A DNA stretch of 64,000 nt from Mobula hypostoma (Eukaryota). Below, piece after piece: positions 11,990 to 24,719 of this stretch. The notes below the pieces were generated by a model, which was given only the letters and a program-made list of their open reading frames with translations, did not search any database and was not told where the DNA came from. The position numbers and the translations under genes are program-made. Each line of letters begins with the position of its first letter. The stretch's first letter is position 1. The DNA lies in NCBI RefSeq assembly GCF_963921235.1, contig NW_026948140.1, positions 496,001-560,000 of the forward strand, given 5' to 3'.

Positions 11990-13468
11990 GATATAATCTA
12001 TAAAATGTATATCTTTCCAAATTCAAGTGAGTACAGACCCAGAGTCATCAAACGTTCCTCGTATGACAACCCTTTCATTTCTGGAATCATCCTTGTGAGC
12101 CTCCTCTGGATCCTTTCCAATACCAGCACATCTCTTCTAAGATGAGGAGGCGGCCAAAACTGTACAAAATACTCAAGGTGAGGCCTCATCAGTGCCTTAT
12201 AAAGCCTCAGCATCACATCCTTGGCCTTGTGTTCTAGACCTTGTATAATGAATGCTAATATTGCAGTTGCCTTTCTCACTGCTGACTCAACCTGCAAGTT
12301 AACCTTTAGGGGGCTCTGCACAAGGACTCCAAAGTCCCTTTGCATCTCAGATTTTTGGATTTTCTCCCTGTTTAGAAAATAGTCTGCACATTTATTTCTA
12401 ATAGCAAAGTGCATGACCATTCATTTTCCAACATTATATTTCATTTGCCACTTGTTTACCCATTCTCCTAATCTTTCTAAGTCCTTCTGCAGCCTACCTG
12501 TTTCCTCAGTACTACCCACCTCTCCACCAATCTTCATATCATCTGCAAACTTGGCAACAAAGCAACCTATTTCTTTTTTTTTAAAGAATGTTCCAAATCA
12601 TTTCTATACAGCATAAAAAGAAGTGGTCCCAACACCGACCCCTGGGGAACACCACCAGTTACTGAAAGCCAACCAGACAAGGATCCTTTTATTACCACTT
12701 GCCTCCTTCTTCCAACTGGCCAATGCTCTAACCATCTTAGTACTTTCCTGTAATACCATGGGCTCTTATCTTGGTAAGCAGCCTCATTTGTGGCACCTTG
12801 TCAAAAAACTTCTAAAAGTCAAATATATGACATCATCTGCATCCCCTTTATCTATCCTACTTGTAATCTCCTCAAAGAATTCCAACAGGTTAGAATTTTC
12901 CCTTAAAGAAGCCATGATGACTTTGTACTATCTTGTCCTGTATGAACAAATACTGCATCACCTCATCTTTAACAAATGAATATAACATCTTCCCAACCAC
13001 TGATGTCAGGCTAACTGGTCTATAATTTCCTTTCTGCTGTCTTCCTCCTTCCTTAAAGAGTGGAGTGGCATTTGATATTTTCCAGTGCTCTGGCACCATG
13101 CCAGAGTCGAATGATTTTTGAAAGATCATTTCTAATGCCACAACAATCTCTAACGCTACTTCTTTCAGAACCCCAGGGTGCAGTTGAGATGTTCTTTTAT
13201 CCTTTCAGTTTCTTAGAAACATAGAAGCATAGAAAATCTACAGCGCAATATAGGCCTTTCAGCCCACAAAGCTGTGCCGAGCATGTCCTTAACTTAGAAA
13301 TTACCTAGGGTTACCCATAGCCCTCTATTTTTCTGAGCTCCATGTACCTATCCAGGAGTCTCTTAAAAGACTCTTAAGTTTCTGCCTCCACCACCGTCGC
13401 CGGCAGCCCATTCCACGCACTTACCACCCTCTGTATAAAAGACTTACCCTGACATCTCCTCTGTACCA
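11990..13468 (-). mobile_element. CR1 LINE RT fragment plus a separate CR1 3' end (~13214-13468)
   Basis: ORF 11998-12420 has RPHLEYFVQFW and LERIQRRLTRM. ORF 12890-13141 has GNYRPVSLTSVVGK. Confidence 0.85.
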
Positions 13469-15510
13469 AACTCAATCCACAAAGATTCAACTTCTTCCGA
13501 TCCGATGTCACATCTTTCTACTGATTTGATGTCATTCTTTACCAGTAGGGCAACACCACCCCCTCTGCCTTCCTTTCTATCCCTCCAATATAACATGTAA
13601 CCTTGGACATTCAGCTCCCAACCACAACCATCCTTCAGCTACGATTCAGTGATGGCCACAACATCATACCTGACAATCTGTAATAGTGCAACAAGATCCT
13701 TATTTCTTATTCCCTGCACATTGAATTACAATACCTTGAGTACCATATTTGCTACCCTTTCTGATTTTGCATCCCTAATGCACTGATACTCACCCTGTTG
13801 GCTGCAACCAAGTCCCATCATATGCCTGCCCTTCCTGACAGTCTGACTGCACTGTATCTTTACTTTTTTACCATCTGTCCAGTTCCTAGCCCCCTGCCAA
13901 ATTAGTTTAAATCCTCCCCAACAACTCGCGAGAATATTGATTTCCCTCGGGTTCAGGTGCAACCTGTCACTTTTGGACAGGTCACACCTTCCCCAGAAGA
14001 GAATCTAATGATCCAAGAATTTGAAGCCCTGCCCCCTGCATTATCTTCTCAGCCATACCCTTATCTGCCAAATCATTCTTTTCTACCCTCACTGGTGCAT
14101 GGAACAGGCAGCAATCCAGAAATTACTACCCGGAAGGTCCTGCTTCTCAGCTTTCTACCTCACTCTCTAAAATAATTTTTGATTTGAAGCCATTCTTTAC
14201 CAGCAGAGCCATGCCACCCCGCTTCCTACCTTCCTATCCCTCCAATACAACACGTGACCTTGGACATTCAGCTCCCAACTGCAACCATCCTTCACCCAGG
14301 ATTCAGTGATGTCCACAACATCGTACCTGACCATCTGTAATAGTGCAACAAGATCATCCACTTTATTTCTTATACTTCGTGCATTGAGATATAACTCTTT
14401 GAGGATTGTATTTGCTACCCTTTTTAATTCTGCATCCCAACTGCACTGATACTCACCTTGCTGGCTGCAATTTTGTCCTATCATTTGCCTGCCCTTCCTG
14501 ACAATCTGACTGCACACTATCTTTGCTTTTATACCATCCGTGTCATCCCGAGTCCCTTCACTCTGGTTCCCATCCCCTTACCAAATTAGTTTAAACCCTC
14601 TCAACAGCTCTTACAAACCTACCCACAAAAATATTGGTCCCCCTTGGGTTCAGTTGCAACCCACCACTTTTGAACAAGTCATACCTCCCCCAGAAGAGAT
14701 CCCAATGATCCAGGAACCTGAAACCCTGTCCCCTGCACCAGCTTCTCAGCCACACATTAATCTGCCAAATCATCCTGTTTCTACCCTCACTGGTGTGTCG
14801 CACAGGCAGCAATCAAGAAATTACTACACGGGAGGTCCTGCTTCTGAGCTTTCTACCTAGCTCTCTAAATCCTCTTTTCAGAACCTCTTTACATTTCCTT
14901 CCTATGTCATAGTACCAATATTCCTCCCTCTCCAAAATACTGTGGATGCAATCCAAGACATCCCTGACCCTGGCATCAGGGAGGCAACATACCATTCGGG
15001 TGTCCTGACACATCCACAGAATCTCCTGTAACTCTGATCGATTATCTCCTCACTCTCCCGTATAAGCCGAAGGTCATCCAGCTACTGCTCCAGATTCCTA
15101 ACGCGATCTTCAAGCAGCTGCAGCCAGATACACTTCATGCAGATGTAGTTCCCTGGGAGGCTCTTGGTCTCCCAGAACTTCAAGATCTGGCATGAAGAAC
15201 ACACAACAACCATTTACTACACTAGGTACAGTACGAGAGGAAAAAAAAGTGAACCTTAACAGAAGCTTACCCAGAACCAATGCCTCTTCTGAGCCAAAGC
15301 CCCCTTTGAGCCAAAGCCTGACACTCTTACTCACAAATGGCAGCCCCAACAATGGTCACCCTGCTTGTCCCATCTGTACTTTTAAACAAGTGTTGCTGAC
15401 CTGCAAGAAATCTCATCAGCGTGATCTAGTCCTGCCACTCACTTGGCCACTGGAATGAGCCGGAATGCCCACAAAGCACTCTTTTGAAACAAACGTCGCC
15501 AACCTGCAAG
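13469..15510 (-). mobile_element. CR1 LINE 5' half (5' region, ORF1 esterase, APE start); the ORF1/ORF2 junction is present in two diverged pieces
   Basis: ORF 14197-14517 has LYLNARSIRNK...ITESW. ORF 14591-14812 has GFRFLDHWDLFWGRYDLFK. ORFs 14813-15013 and 13726-13962 are further CR1 pieces. Confidence 0.8.
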
Positions 15511-16549
15511 AAACGAACCGGGTCAGGTCATAGATCTCTCAGTGGGTGAGCATCTGGGGGACAGTGACCACCGCTCCCTGGTCTTTAGGATTGTCATGGA
15601 AAATGGTGGAATCAGAGAAGACAGGAAAATTTTTAATTGGGGAAGGGCAAATTATGAGGCTGTAAGGTTAGAACTTGCGGGTGTGAATTGGGATGATGTT
15701 TTAGCAGGGAAATGTACTATGGACATGTGGTCGATGTTTAGAGATCTCTTGCAGGATGTTAGGGATAAATTTGTCCCGGTGAGGAAGATAAAGAATGGTA
15801 GGGTGAAGGAACCATGGGTGACAAGTGAAGTGGAAAATCTAGTCAGGTGGAAGAAGGCAGCATACATGAGGTTTAGGAAGCAAGGATCAGATGGGTCTAT
15901 TGAGGAATATAGGGAAGCAAGAAAGGAGCTTAAGAAGAGACTGAGAAGAGCAAGAAGGGGGCATGAGAAGGCCTTGGTGAGTAGGGTAAAGGAAAACCCC
16001 AAGGCATTCTTCAATTATGTGAAGAAAAAAAGGATGACAGGGGTGAAGGTAGGACCGAATAGAGATAAAGGCAGGAAGATGTGCCTGGAGGCTGTGGAAG
16101 TGAGTGAGGTCCTCAATGCATACTTCTCTTCAGTATTCACCAATAAGAGGGAACTTGATGATGGTGAGGACAATATGAGTGAGGTTGTTGTTCTGGAGCA
16201 TGTTGATATTAAGGGAGAGGAGGTGTTGGAGTTGTTAAAATATATTAGGATGGATAAGTCCCCGGGGCCTGACGGAGTATTCCCCAGGCTGCTCCATGAA
16301 GTGAGGGAAGATATTGCTGAGCCTCTGGCTAGGATCTTCACGTCCTGGTTGTCCACAGGAATGGTACCAGAGGATTGGAGGGAGGCGAATGTTTTTCCCT
16401 TATTCAAAAAGGTAGTATGGATAGTCTGGGTAATTATAGACCAGTGAGCCTCACGTCTGTGGTGGGAAAACTGTTGGAAAAGATTCTTAGAGATAGGATC
16501 CTATGGATATTTAGAGAATCTTGGTCTGATCAGGGACAGTCAGCAAGGC

Positions 16550-17818
16550 TGTTTTTTTTGTGCGCATGCTCCAGTCATGCATGCAGCCTGGTTCAGCCGT
16601 TCCAATCTATTCTTACTTTCTTAGACCATAAGACCATAAGACAAAGGAGCAGAAGTAGGCCATTCGGCCCATCGAGTCTGCTCCGCCATTTTACCGTGAG
16701 CTGATCCATTTTATCCAATTTAGTCCCACTGCCCCGCCTTCTCACCATAACCTTTGATGCCCTGGCTACTCAGATACCTATCAATCTCTGCCTTAAATAC
16801 ACCCAATGACTTGGCCTCCACTGCTGCCCATGGCAACAAATTCCATAGATTCACCACCCTCTGACTAAAAAAATTTTTTCGCATTTCTGTTCTGAAAGGG
16901 CGCCCTTCAATCCTGAAGTCATGCCCTCTCGTACTAGACTCCCCCTTCATGGGAAACAACTTTGCCACATCCACTCTGTCCATGCCTTTTAACATTCAAA
17001 ATGTTTCTATGAGGTCTCCCCTCATTCTTCTGAACTCCAAGGAATACAGTCCTTCTTCTTACTTTTTAATTTATTTGTTATTTTTTGTATTTTTTTTTCC
17101 CCACTGTAACACGTCGAAGCTGCACCCTCTCTAACATGCTGGTAGAGAGAGTTTTATTTGGGTTTTTTTTTAGCGCTGGAAATGGTTATATCCCGACACG
17201 TGGGACAGAAGCAAGGTCGCATTGTGTATTCCAGCTAATGCCGGCCGGTTTAGCGAGCAGAACGGCGGACGCCCCTGCTGAAATCCAGAGGAAAACACAC
17301 AGAGGATGCAGAGGGGGATCACAAAGTCGAGCAAAGAGGACCGGGTCGAGACAACAGAGACTTATGGAGAAGAGGAGTTCGGTGGGTAATACCGTTCCGG
17401 CTGACCAGAAGGGCACTGAGAGCGGTAAGCGTAAAGGAGTTGGGTGCTTACTGATGTGGTTAAAAACAGATGGTGCAATCCAGGTCACATTATGATCGAG
17501 GAACGTGTTTGCAGACTGGATATTGAACTTTTTACTGTTGGACTTCAACCACATTCCACCGTGATACAACACTTGGCGGCACGGGAGGTCGTTCCTGCCT
17601 GTGGCCATCGAACGTGCAGCTCCTCCCGTGGAGGGTCAGACACCCTGAACCAATAGATTGGTCCTGGACTTATTTTCCATCTGGCATAGTCTGCATTTTG
17701 CTGTTTGATTGTTGGTGGTTTTTGTATTGCTATATTTATGCTCTATTCTTGGTTGGTGCGGCTGTAACGAAACCAAATTTCTCTCGGGATTAATAAAGTA
17801 TATTTATCTATCTATCTA
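16550..17818 (+). mobile_element. Internally deleted LINE (probably Rex1/Babar-like; 5' end, APE pieces, 3' end with (CTAT)n tail)
   Basis: Basic N-terminal region (RKTHRGCRGG), APE-like ERVCRLDIELFTVGLQP, a RSFLPVAI-like C-terminus, then AATAAA and tatctatctatctat at ~17792-17818. Confidence 0.55.
16620..17055 (-). mobile_element. CR1 3' end with 10-bp TSD TTCTTACTTT (16610-16619 / 17056-17065)
   Basis: ORF 16720-16995 has RGHDFRI...NFFSQRVVNLWNLLP. Tail (agaccata)n on +. Direct repeat on both flanks. Confidence 0.85.
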
Positions 17819-19199
17819 TTTGTGAGGGGAAGATCATGTCTAACAAGCCTGATAGAGTTCTTTGAGGAGGTGACCAGGCATATAGATGAGGGTAGTGCAG
17901 TGAATGTGATCTACATGGATTTTAGTAAGGCATTTGACAAGGTTCCACACGGTAGGCTTATTCAGAAAGTCAGAAGACATGGGATCCAGGGAAGTTTGGC
18001 CAGGTGGATTCATAATTGGCTCACCTGCAGAAAGCAGAGGGTCGTGGTGGAAGGAGTACATTTGGATTGGAGGGTTGTGACTAGTAGTGTTCCACAAGGA
18101 TCGGTTCTGGGACCTCTACTTTTCGTGATTTTTATTAACAACCTGGATGTGGGGGTAGAAGGGTGGGCTGGCAAGTTTGCAGACGACTCAAAGGTTGGTG
18201 GTGTTGTGGATAGTGTAGAGGATTGTCGAAGATTGCAGAGAGACACTGACAGGATGCAGAAGTGGGCTGAGAAGTGGCAGATGGAGTTCAACCCAGAGAA
18301 GTGTGAGGTGGTACACTTTGGAAGGACAAACTCCAAGGCAGAGTACAAAGTAAATGGCAGGATACTTGGTAGTGTGGAGGAACAGAGGGATCTGGGGGTA
18401 CATGTCCATAGATCCCTGAAAGTTGCCTCACAGGTAGATGGGGTAGTTAAGAAAGCTTATGGGGTGTTAGCTTTCATAAGTCGAGGGATGGAGTTTAAGA
18501 GTCACGGGATAATGATGCAGCTCTATAAAACTCTGGTTAGGCCACACTTGGAGTACTGTGTCCAGTTCTGGTCACCTCACTGTAGGAAGGATGTGGAAGC
18601 ATTGGAAAGGGTACAAAGGAGATTTACCAGGATGCTGCTTGGTTCAGAGAGTATGCATTATGATCAGAGATTAAGGGAGCTAGGGCTTTACTCTTTGGAG
18701 AGAAGGAGGATGAGTGGAGACATGATGGAGGTTTACAAGATATTAAGAGGAATAGGGCAGCCAGCACCTCTTCCCCAGGGCACCATTGCTCAGTACAAGA
18801 GGACGTCGCTTTAAGGTAAGGGGTGGGAAGTTCAAGGGGGGTATTAAAGGAAGGTTTTTTACTCAGAGGGTGGTTCATGTGTGGAATGCACTGCCTGAGT
18901 CAGTGGTGGAGGCAGATACACTAGTGAAATTTAAGAGACTGCTCGACAGGTATATGGAGGAATTTAAAGTGGGGGGTTATATGGGAGGTAGAGTTTAAGG
19001 GTTGGCACAACATTGTGGGCCGAGGGGCCTGTACTGTGCTGTACTGTTCTATGTTCTATGAAACCTTGTCATTGTGGGCTGCTCCTGCTGCTGATTGGGC
19101 CATTGGAATTGGAGCAACTTTTCATGGGGAGGAACAGGTCAAGCAGAGTGCTGAGGTGTAAACCTGCATTTGTAAATATAAACACACTCTTAAAAACAT

Positions 19200-20671
19200 C
19201 AGACTATAAGACCATAAGATATAGGAGCATAATTAGGCCATTTAGCCCATTGAGTCTGCTCCACCATTTCATCGTGGCTGATCCAAATTTCCTCTCTGCC
19301 CCAATCTCCTGCATTCTATCCGTATCCCTTCATGCCCAGACTAATCAAGAATTTATCAACCTCTGCCTAAATATACAAAAAGACCTGGTTTCCACAGCTG
19401 CCTGTGGCAAAGAATTCCATAGATTCACCCCTCTCTTGCTAAAGAAATTCCACCTCATCTCCATTCTAAAAGGATGCCCCTCTATTCTGAGGATTTGTCC
19501 TCTTGTATTAGACTCCCCCACCAAAGGAAACATCCTCTCCATCTCCACTTTATCAAGGCCTTTCATCATTCAATGGGTTTCAATGAGGTCAACCCTCATT
19601 CTTCTGAATTCCAGTGAATAGGCCTAGAGCTATCAAACGCTCTCCATATGACAAGCCTAGACTCATTTTCATGAGCCTCCTTTGAACCCTCCCCAGTTTC
19701 AGCACATCCTTTCTAAGATAAGGGCCCCAAAGCTGCTCAAAGTACTTCAAATGATGCCTCACCAATGCTCTATAAAGTCTCAACATTACATCATTGCTTT
19801 TACATTCTAGTCCTCTTATAAAGGAATGCTGACATCATCTTTGCCTTTTTCACCACAGACTCCACCCACAACCTAGGGAATCCTGCACAAGGACTTCCAA
19901 GTCCCTTCGTACCTCAGCATTTTTTTGTATTTTCTCTTCACTTAGAAAATAGTCGACCCTTTCTTCATTTCTTCTACCAAAGTGCATGACCGTACACTCC
20001 CTGACACCGTATTCTATCCGCCAAGAAGGCTTCCCAAAGAAACTCGCAAATCCTTCTCTTAGCATAATAATAAAACTGGGTGGGCAAGTGGCTGACAAAT
20101 CAGCAATTATAGCATAGGATGGGGTGTCATCATTCAACTAGAGGAGTGAATCAAGGGAAAATTCTCCAGAGGACAGATTCTTTGCAGAAAAATGCGATGA
20201 TCAACAAGAGAAACCATAAGACCATAAGACATAGGAGCAGAATTAGGCCATCCGTCCCATCGAGTCTGCTCAGCCATTCAATTATGGCTGATCCTTTTTT
20301 TTCATCTCCTCCTCAACCCCAGTTCCCAGCCTTCTCCCTGTAACCTTTGATGCTGTGTCCAGTCAAGAACCTATCAATCTCTGCCTTAAATACACCCAAC
20401 GACCTGGCCTCCACAGCTGCATGTGGCAACAAATTCCACAAATTCACCACCCTCTGGATAAAGAAATTTCTCCGCATCTCTATTTTGAACGGATGCCCCT
20501 CTATCCTGAGGCTGTGCCCTCTTGTCCTAGACTCTCCCACCATGGGAAATATCTTTTCCACATCTACTCTGTCTAGGCCTTTCAAGATTCGAAAGGTTTC
20601 ATTGAGATCCCCCTCCCCCCATCCTTCTGAATTCCAGCGAGCACAGATTCAGAGCCATCAAACGTTCCTTG
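19200..20671 (-). mobile_element. Two CR1 3' fragments (~19200-20020 and ~20211-20671)
   Basis: ORFs 19345-19569, 19589-19786 and 20313-20585 (TRGHSLRI...FFIQRVVNLWNLLP). (accataag)n tails. Confidence 0.85.
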
Positions 20672-21380
20672 TAACTTTAACTCCATAGCCACAATTGTGA
20701 CTCAACACCGATTGTGATGGGTCAGCCACATCATCCAAATGCCTGATTCCCGCCTCGCGAAACAACTCCTGGTCAGCCAGTTCAAGGATGCAGTGCACAC
20801 TGGAGGGCAGAAAAGGCGATCAAGGACAATATCAAGACCCATTTGAGGAAGTGCTGCATCAACCTGAATGGACGGGAGAAATTAGCACAGGATAGGAAAA
20901 GCAGGAGAAGGACTGTCTGTGAGGGGACTGCACAGATCAAACAATTCCTTCTCCTTGCCACTGAGACTAAGCGGCTTCAACATAAGGAGAGACTGGGAAA
21001 AGCCCAATCAGCTACATCCACCACCACCTCAATGACCTACACCTGCCAACACTGAAATAGGATCATGGATCGGCCTCTTCAGACATCTCAAGACCCACAA
21101 GTGACCAGATCAACCACCAGGAGAAGAATCATACTTGACTACGAGAGATAATGATGATGATGATGATAATGTGGTTAACTGGATCAGAAAATTTGTGGAT
21201 GACACCAAGATTGGAGATGTCAGTGGGGAAGACTATCATGGCTTGTAGTGGGATCTGGGCTGGCTGGAAAAATGGTAGATGGAATTTAATGCTTACAAGT
21301 GTGAGGTGTTGCACTTTGAGAGGACTGGGTCTTACATGGTGAGCAGCTTGGCACCGAGAAGTGCGGTAGAACAAAAGGAT
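20672..21380. repeat. Inverted duplication, copy B (partner 10896-11603)
   Basis: Reverse complement of 10896-11603, by direct comparison. Confidence 0.9.
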
Positions 21381-21494
21381 CTGGGAATACAGGTCAATAA
21401 TTCCTTGAAAGTGGTGTTACACACACAGTCATAGCAGCATATAACCTGTAGCACCAGAGATCCCAACACACTAGACTACTGCTTCACCACAGTT

Positions 21495-23310
21495 TTAAAT
21501 GGAACCCCTCTATCCTGAGGTAGTGCCTTCTTGTCCTTGACTCCCTAACAATGGGAAAATTCCTTTCGACATCTATTCTGTCTAGGCCTTTCAACATTCA
21601 AAAGGTTTCAGTGACATCACCCCTCATCTTTCTAAATTCTAGTGAGTGCTGGCACAGAGCCAACAAACATTCCTCATAGGATAACCCTTTCATTCCTGGA
21701 ATTATCCTTCTGAATCTCCCCTGAACCCTCTCCAACACACATATTTTCCTAGATAAGGAGCCTAACTGGTCTATAACTTCCTTTCCGCTGCCTTCTTCTT
21801 TCTTAGAGAGTGGAATTACATTTGCAATTTTTGTGTCCTCTGGTGCCATGCCAGGGTCCAATGATTTTTGAAAAATCATTATTAATGCCTCCACAATCTC
21901 TACCACTACCCTCTTTCAGAACCCTAGGGTTCTCTTCAACTGATCTGGATGACTCATGTACCTTAGGTCTTTCAGCTCTTTGAGCACCTTCTCCTTTGTA
22001 ATAGTAACTGCACTCACTGCTCTTCCCTCACACCCTTCAACATCTGGCACACTACTAGTGTCTTCCACAGTGAAGACTGATGCAAAATACTCATTTAGTT
22101 CATCTGCCAATTCGTTGTTCACTGTTATAATTTCTCTGGTCCTATATCTACTCTCATCTCTTATTTTTTTTTTACATACTTGAAAATGTTTTTATATTCA
22201 ATTTGTTATTGTTTGCTAGCTTGCTTTCATATTTCATCTTTTCCATCCTAATGATTCTTTTAGTTGCTCTCTGTAGGTTTTTAAAAGGTTCCCAATCCTC
22301 TATCTTTCTGCTAATTTTTGCTTTGTTGTACACCCTCTCTTTTGGCTTTACTTTAGCCTTGACTTCCCTTGCCAGCCATGGTTGTATGATTTTGCCACTT
22401 GGGTATTTCTTTGTTTTTGGAATACATTTATTCTGCACCTTCCTCATTTTTCCCAGAAACACACACCATTGCTGCTCTGCTGTCATCCCTGCCAGCAGCT
22501 CCTTCCAATTTACTTTGGCCAACGCCTCTCTCTTACCACTATAATTTTATTTACTCTACTGTTGTTGTACTTAGTGACACAGGACAAGATAGGACAAAGT
22601 CAGCATGGTATTACTGAGGGAAAATCTTGCCTGATGAACCTGTTGGAATTCTTTGAGAAGATTACAAGATAAATAAAGGGGATACAGTGCATGTTGTATA
22701 TTTGGACTTTCAGAAGGCCTTTGACAAGGTGCCAAACATAAGGCTGCTTACCAAGTTAAGAGCCCATGGTATTACAGGAAAGTTACTGGCATGGTTATAG
22801 AATTGCCTGATAGGTAGGAGACAGCGAGTGGGAATAAAGGGATCTTTTTCTGGTTGGCTGCCAGTGACTAGTAGTGTTCCACAGGGGTCAGTGTAGGGAC
22901 TGCTTATTTTTATGCTGTACAGCAATGAATTAGATGATGGAACAGATGGCTTTGTTGTCAAGTTTATAGATGATATGAAGATTGGTGGAGGTAGTGTTAG
23001 GCAGGTTAGGAGAATGGGTAAGAAAGTGGCAAATGAATTGCAATGTTGGAAAATGTATGGTCATGCACTTTGGCAGTAGAAATAAATGTGCGGTCTATTT
23101 TCTAAATGAGGAGAAAATCCAAAAATCTGAGATACAAAGGGACTTGGGAGTGCTTGTGCAGAACACCCTAAAGGTTAACTTACAGGCTGAGTCAGTGGTG
23201 AGGAAGGCAAATGCAACATTAGCATTCATTTCAGGAGGACTGGAATACAAGAGCAGGGAGGTGATGCTGAGGCTTTATAAGGCACTGGTGAGGCCTCACC
23301 TTGAGCATCG
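21495..23310. mobile_element. Rearranged CR1 ORF2: minus-strand part ~21495-22545, plus-strand RT part ~22560-23310
   Basis: Minus ORFs 21598-21906, 21916-22122 and 22172-22522. Plus-strand QDKIGQSQHG...GKSCLMNL and ORF 22982-23389 (QRDLGVLV...RPHLE). Confidence 0.8.
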
Positions 23311-23749
23311 TGGGAAGGTGAAATCACCCTGTCTACCCATGATACCACTTTCAGCGAAATACACACTTCTTGCTCCCTCTATTCCATAACACTCCCCAGG
23401 GCCCGACCATTCACTATTTAAGTCCTACTCTGGTTAGACCTCCCAAAATGTGAGACCTCACGTTTATCTGGATTGAAAGCTATTTGCCATTCCTCATCCC
23501 ACATTCCCAGCTGATCAAGATCCACCTATAATTTTTCATAAGCTTCTACACTGACTACAGTACCACCTATTTTAATGTGATCTGCAAACTTATCAATCCT
23601 GTCTTGTACATTTTAGATCCAAATCATTTATATAAATTACAAACAACAATGATCCCAGCATTAACGCTTTGGCACACTACCAGACCAGCCTGCCATGATT
23701 TTAGCAAGGCCTACATTCAGTGCCCTCTCCAGTTCTACCTTCTTGGTTA

Positions 23750-24719
23750 TATCCTTGAACTCCAAGATATTTGTCTGGAACATCTGGACAGCAAAGATGC
23801 ATACATCAACTACAGCTCAGCATTCAATACCATCATCCCCTCAAACCTAATCAAAAAGTTCCAAAACCTTGGCCTCAATGACTCCTTGTGCAATTGAATC
23901 CTGGATTTCCTCATTTGTAGACCCCAGTCAGTTCTGATTGGCAACAACAACTCCTCCATGATCTCTATCAGCACAGGTGCACCATAGGGCTGTGAGCTTA
24001 GTCCCCTACTCTACTCACCCTACGCTTATGATTGTATGGCTAAGCTCAGCTCCAATGCCATATTCAAGTTTGCTGATGATACCACTCTCGTAGGCCAAAT
24101 CAAAGGTGACGTTGAGTCAGTAGATAGGAAGGAGGTTGAAAATCTGGCCAAGTGGCGTCATAACAACAACCTCTTACTCAATGCCAGTATAGACCTCAGG
24201 AGAGGTCCATGAGCCAGTCCTCATTGGAGGATCAGAGGTGGAAAAGGCTAGCAAATTTAAATTCCTAGGTGTTATTATTTCAGAGTACCTGTCCTGAGCC
24301 CAGCACATAAGTACAATTACAAAGAAAGCATGGTTGCGGCTTTACTTCCTTAGGAAGTCAGCATGATATCTACAACTTTGGCAAACTTCTATAGATGTGT
24401 AGTGGAGAATATATTAACAGGCTGCTTCATGGCCTGGTATGGAATCACACATGCATTTGAAAATCCTACAAAAAGTAGTGGATACTGCCCTGTCCATCAT
24501 AGATAAAGTCCCCTAATAATTGAGCAGATCTACATGAAACGCTGTCACTGGAAAGCAGTATCCATTATCAGGGTCCCCCCACACCCAGCCCATGATCTCT
24601 TCTTGCTGCTGCCATCAGGAAGAAGGTACAGGATCCTTATGACTCACAACCTAGGTTCAGAAACAGTTACTATCCCTCAACTATCAAGCTCTTGTACCAA
24701 AAGGGATAACTATACTCAG
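23750..24719 (+). mobile_element. Degraded Rex1/Babar LINE 3' part (3' UTR resumes at ~26219)
   Basis: [15 protein letters not shown] (~24066), [17 protein letters not shown]. Confidence 0.8.

Larger units (their letters stand above)
15513..19059 (+). mobile_element. Young 5'-truncated CR1 LINE ORF2, interrupted by a nested insertion at ~16550-17818
   Basis: ORF 15542-16447 has LGDSDH and KSPGPDG. ORF 17822-18814 has DFSKAFDKVPH, VPQGSVLGP and KFADD. Tail gttctatgttctatg. Highly similar to 26867-29259. Confidence 0.92.
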
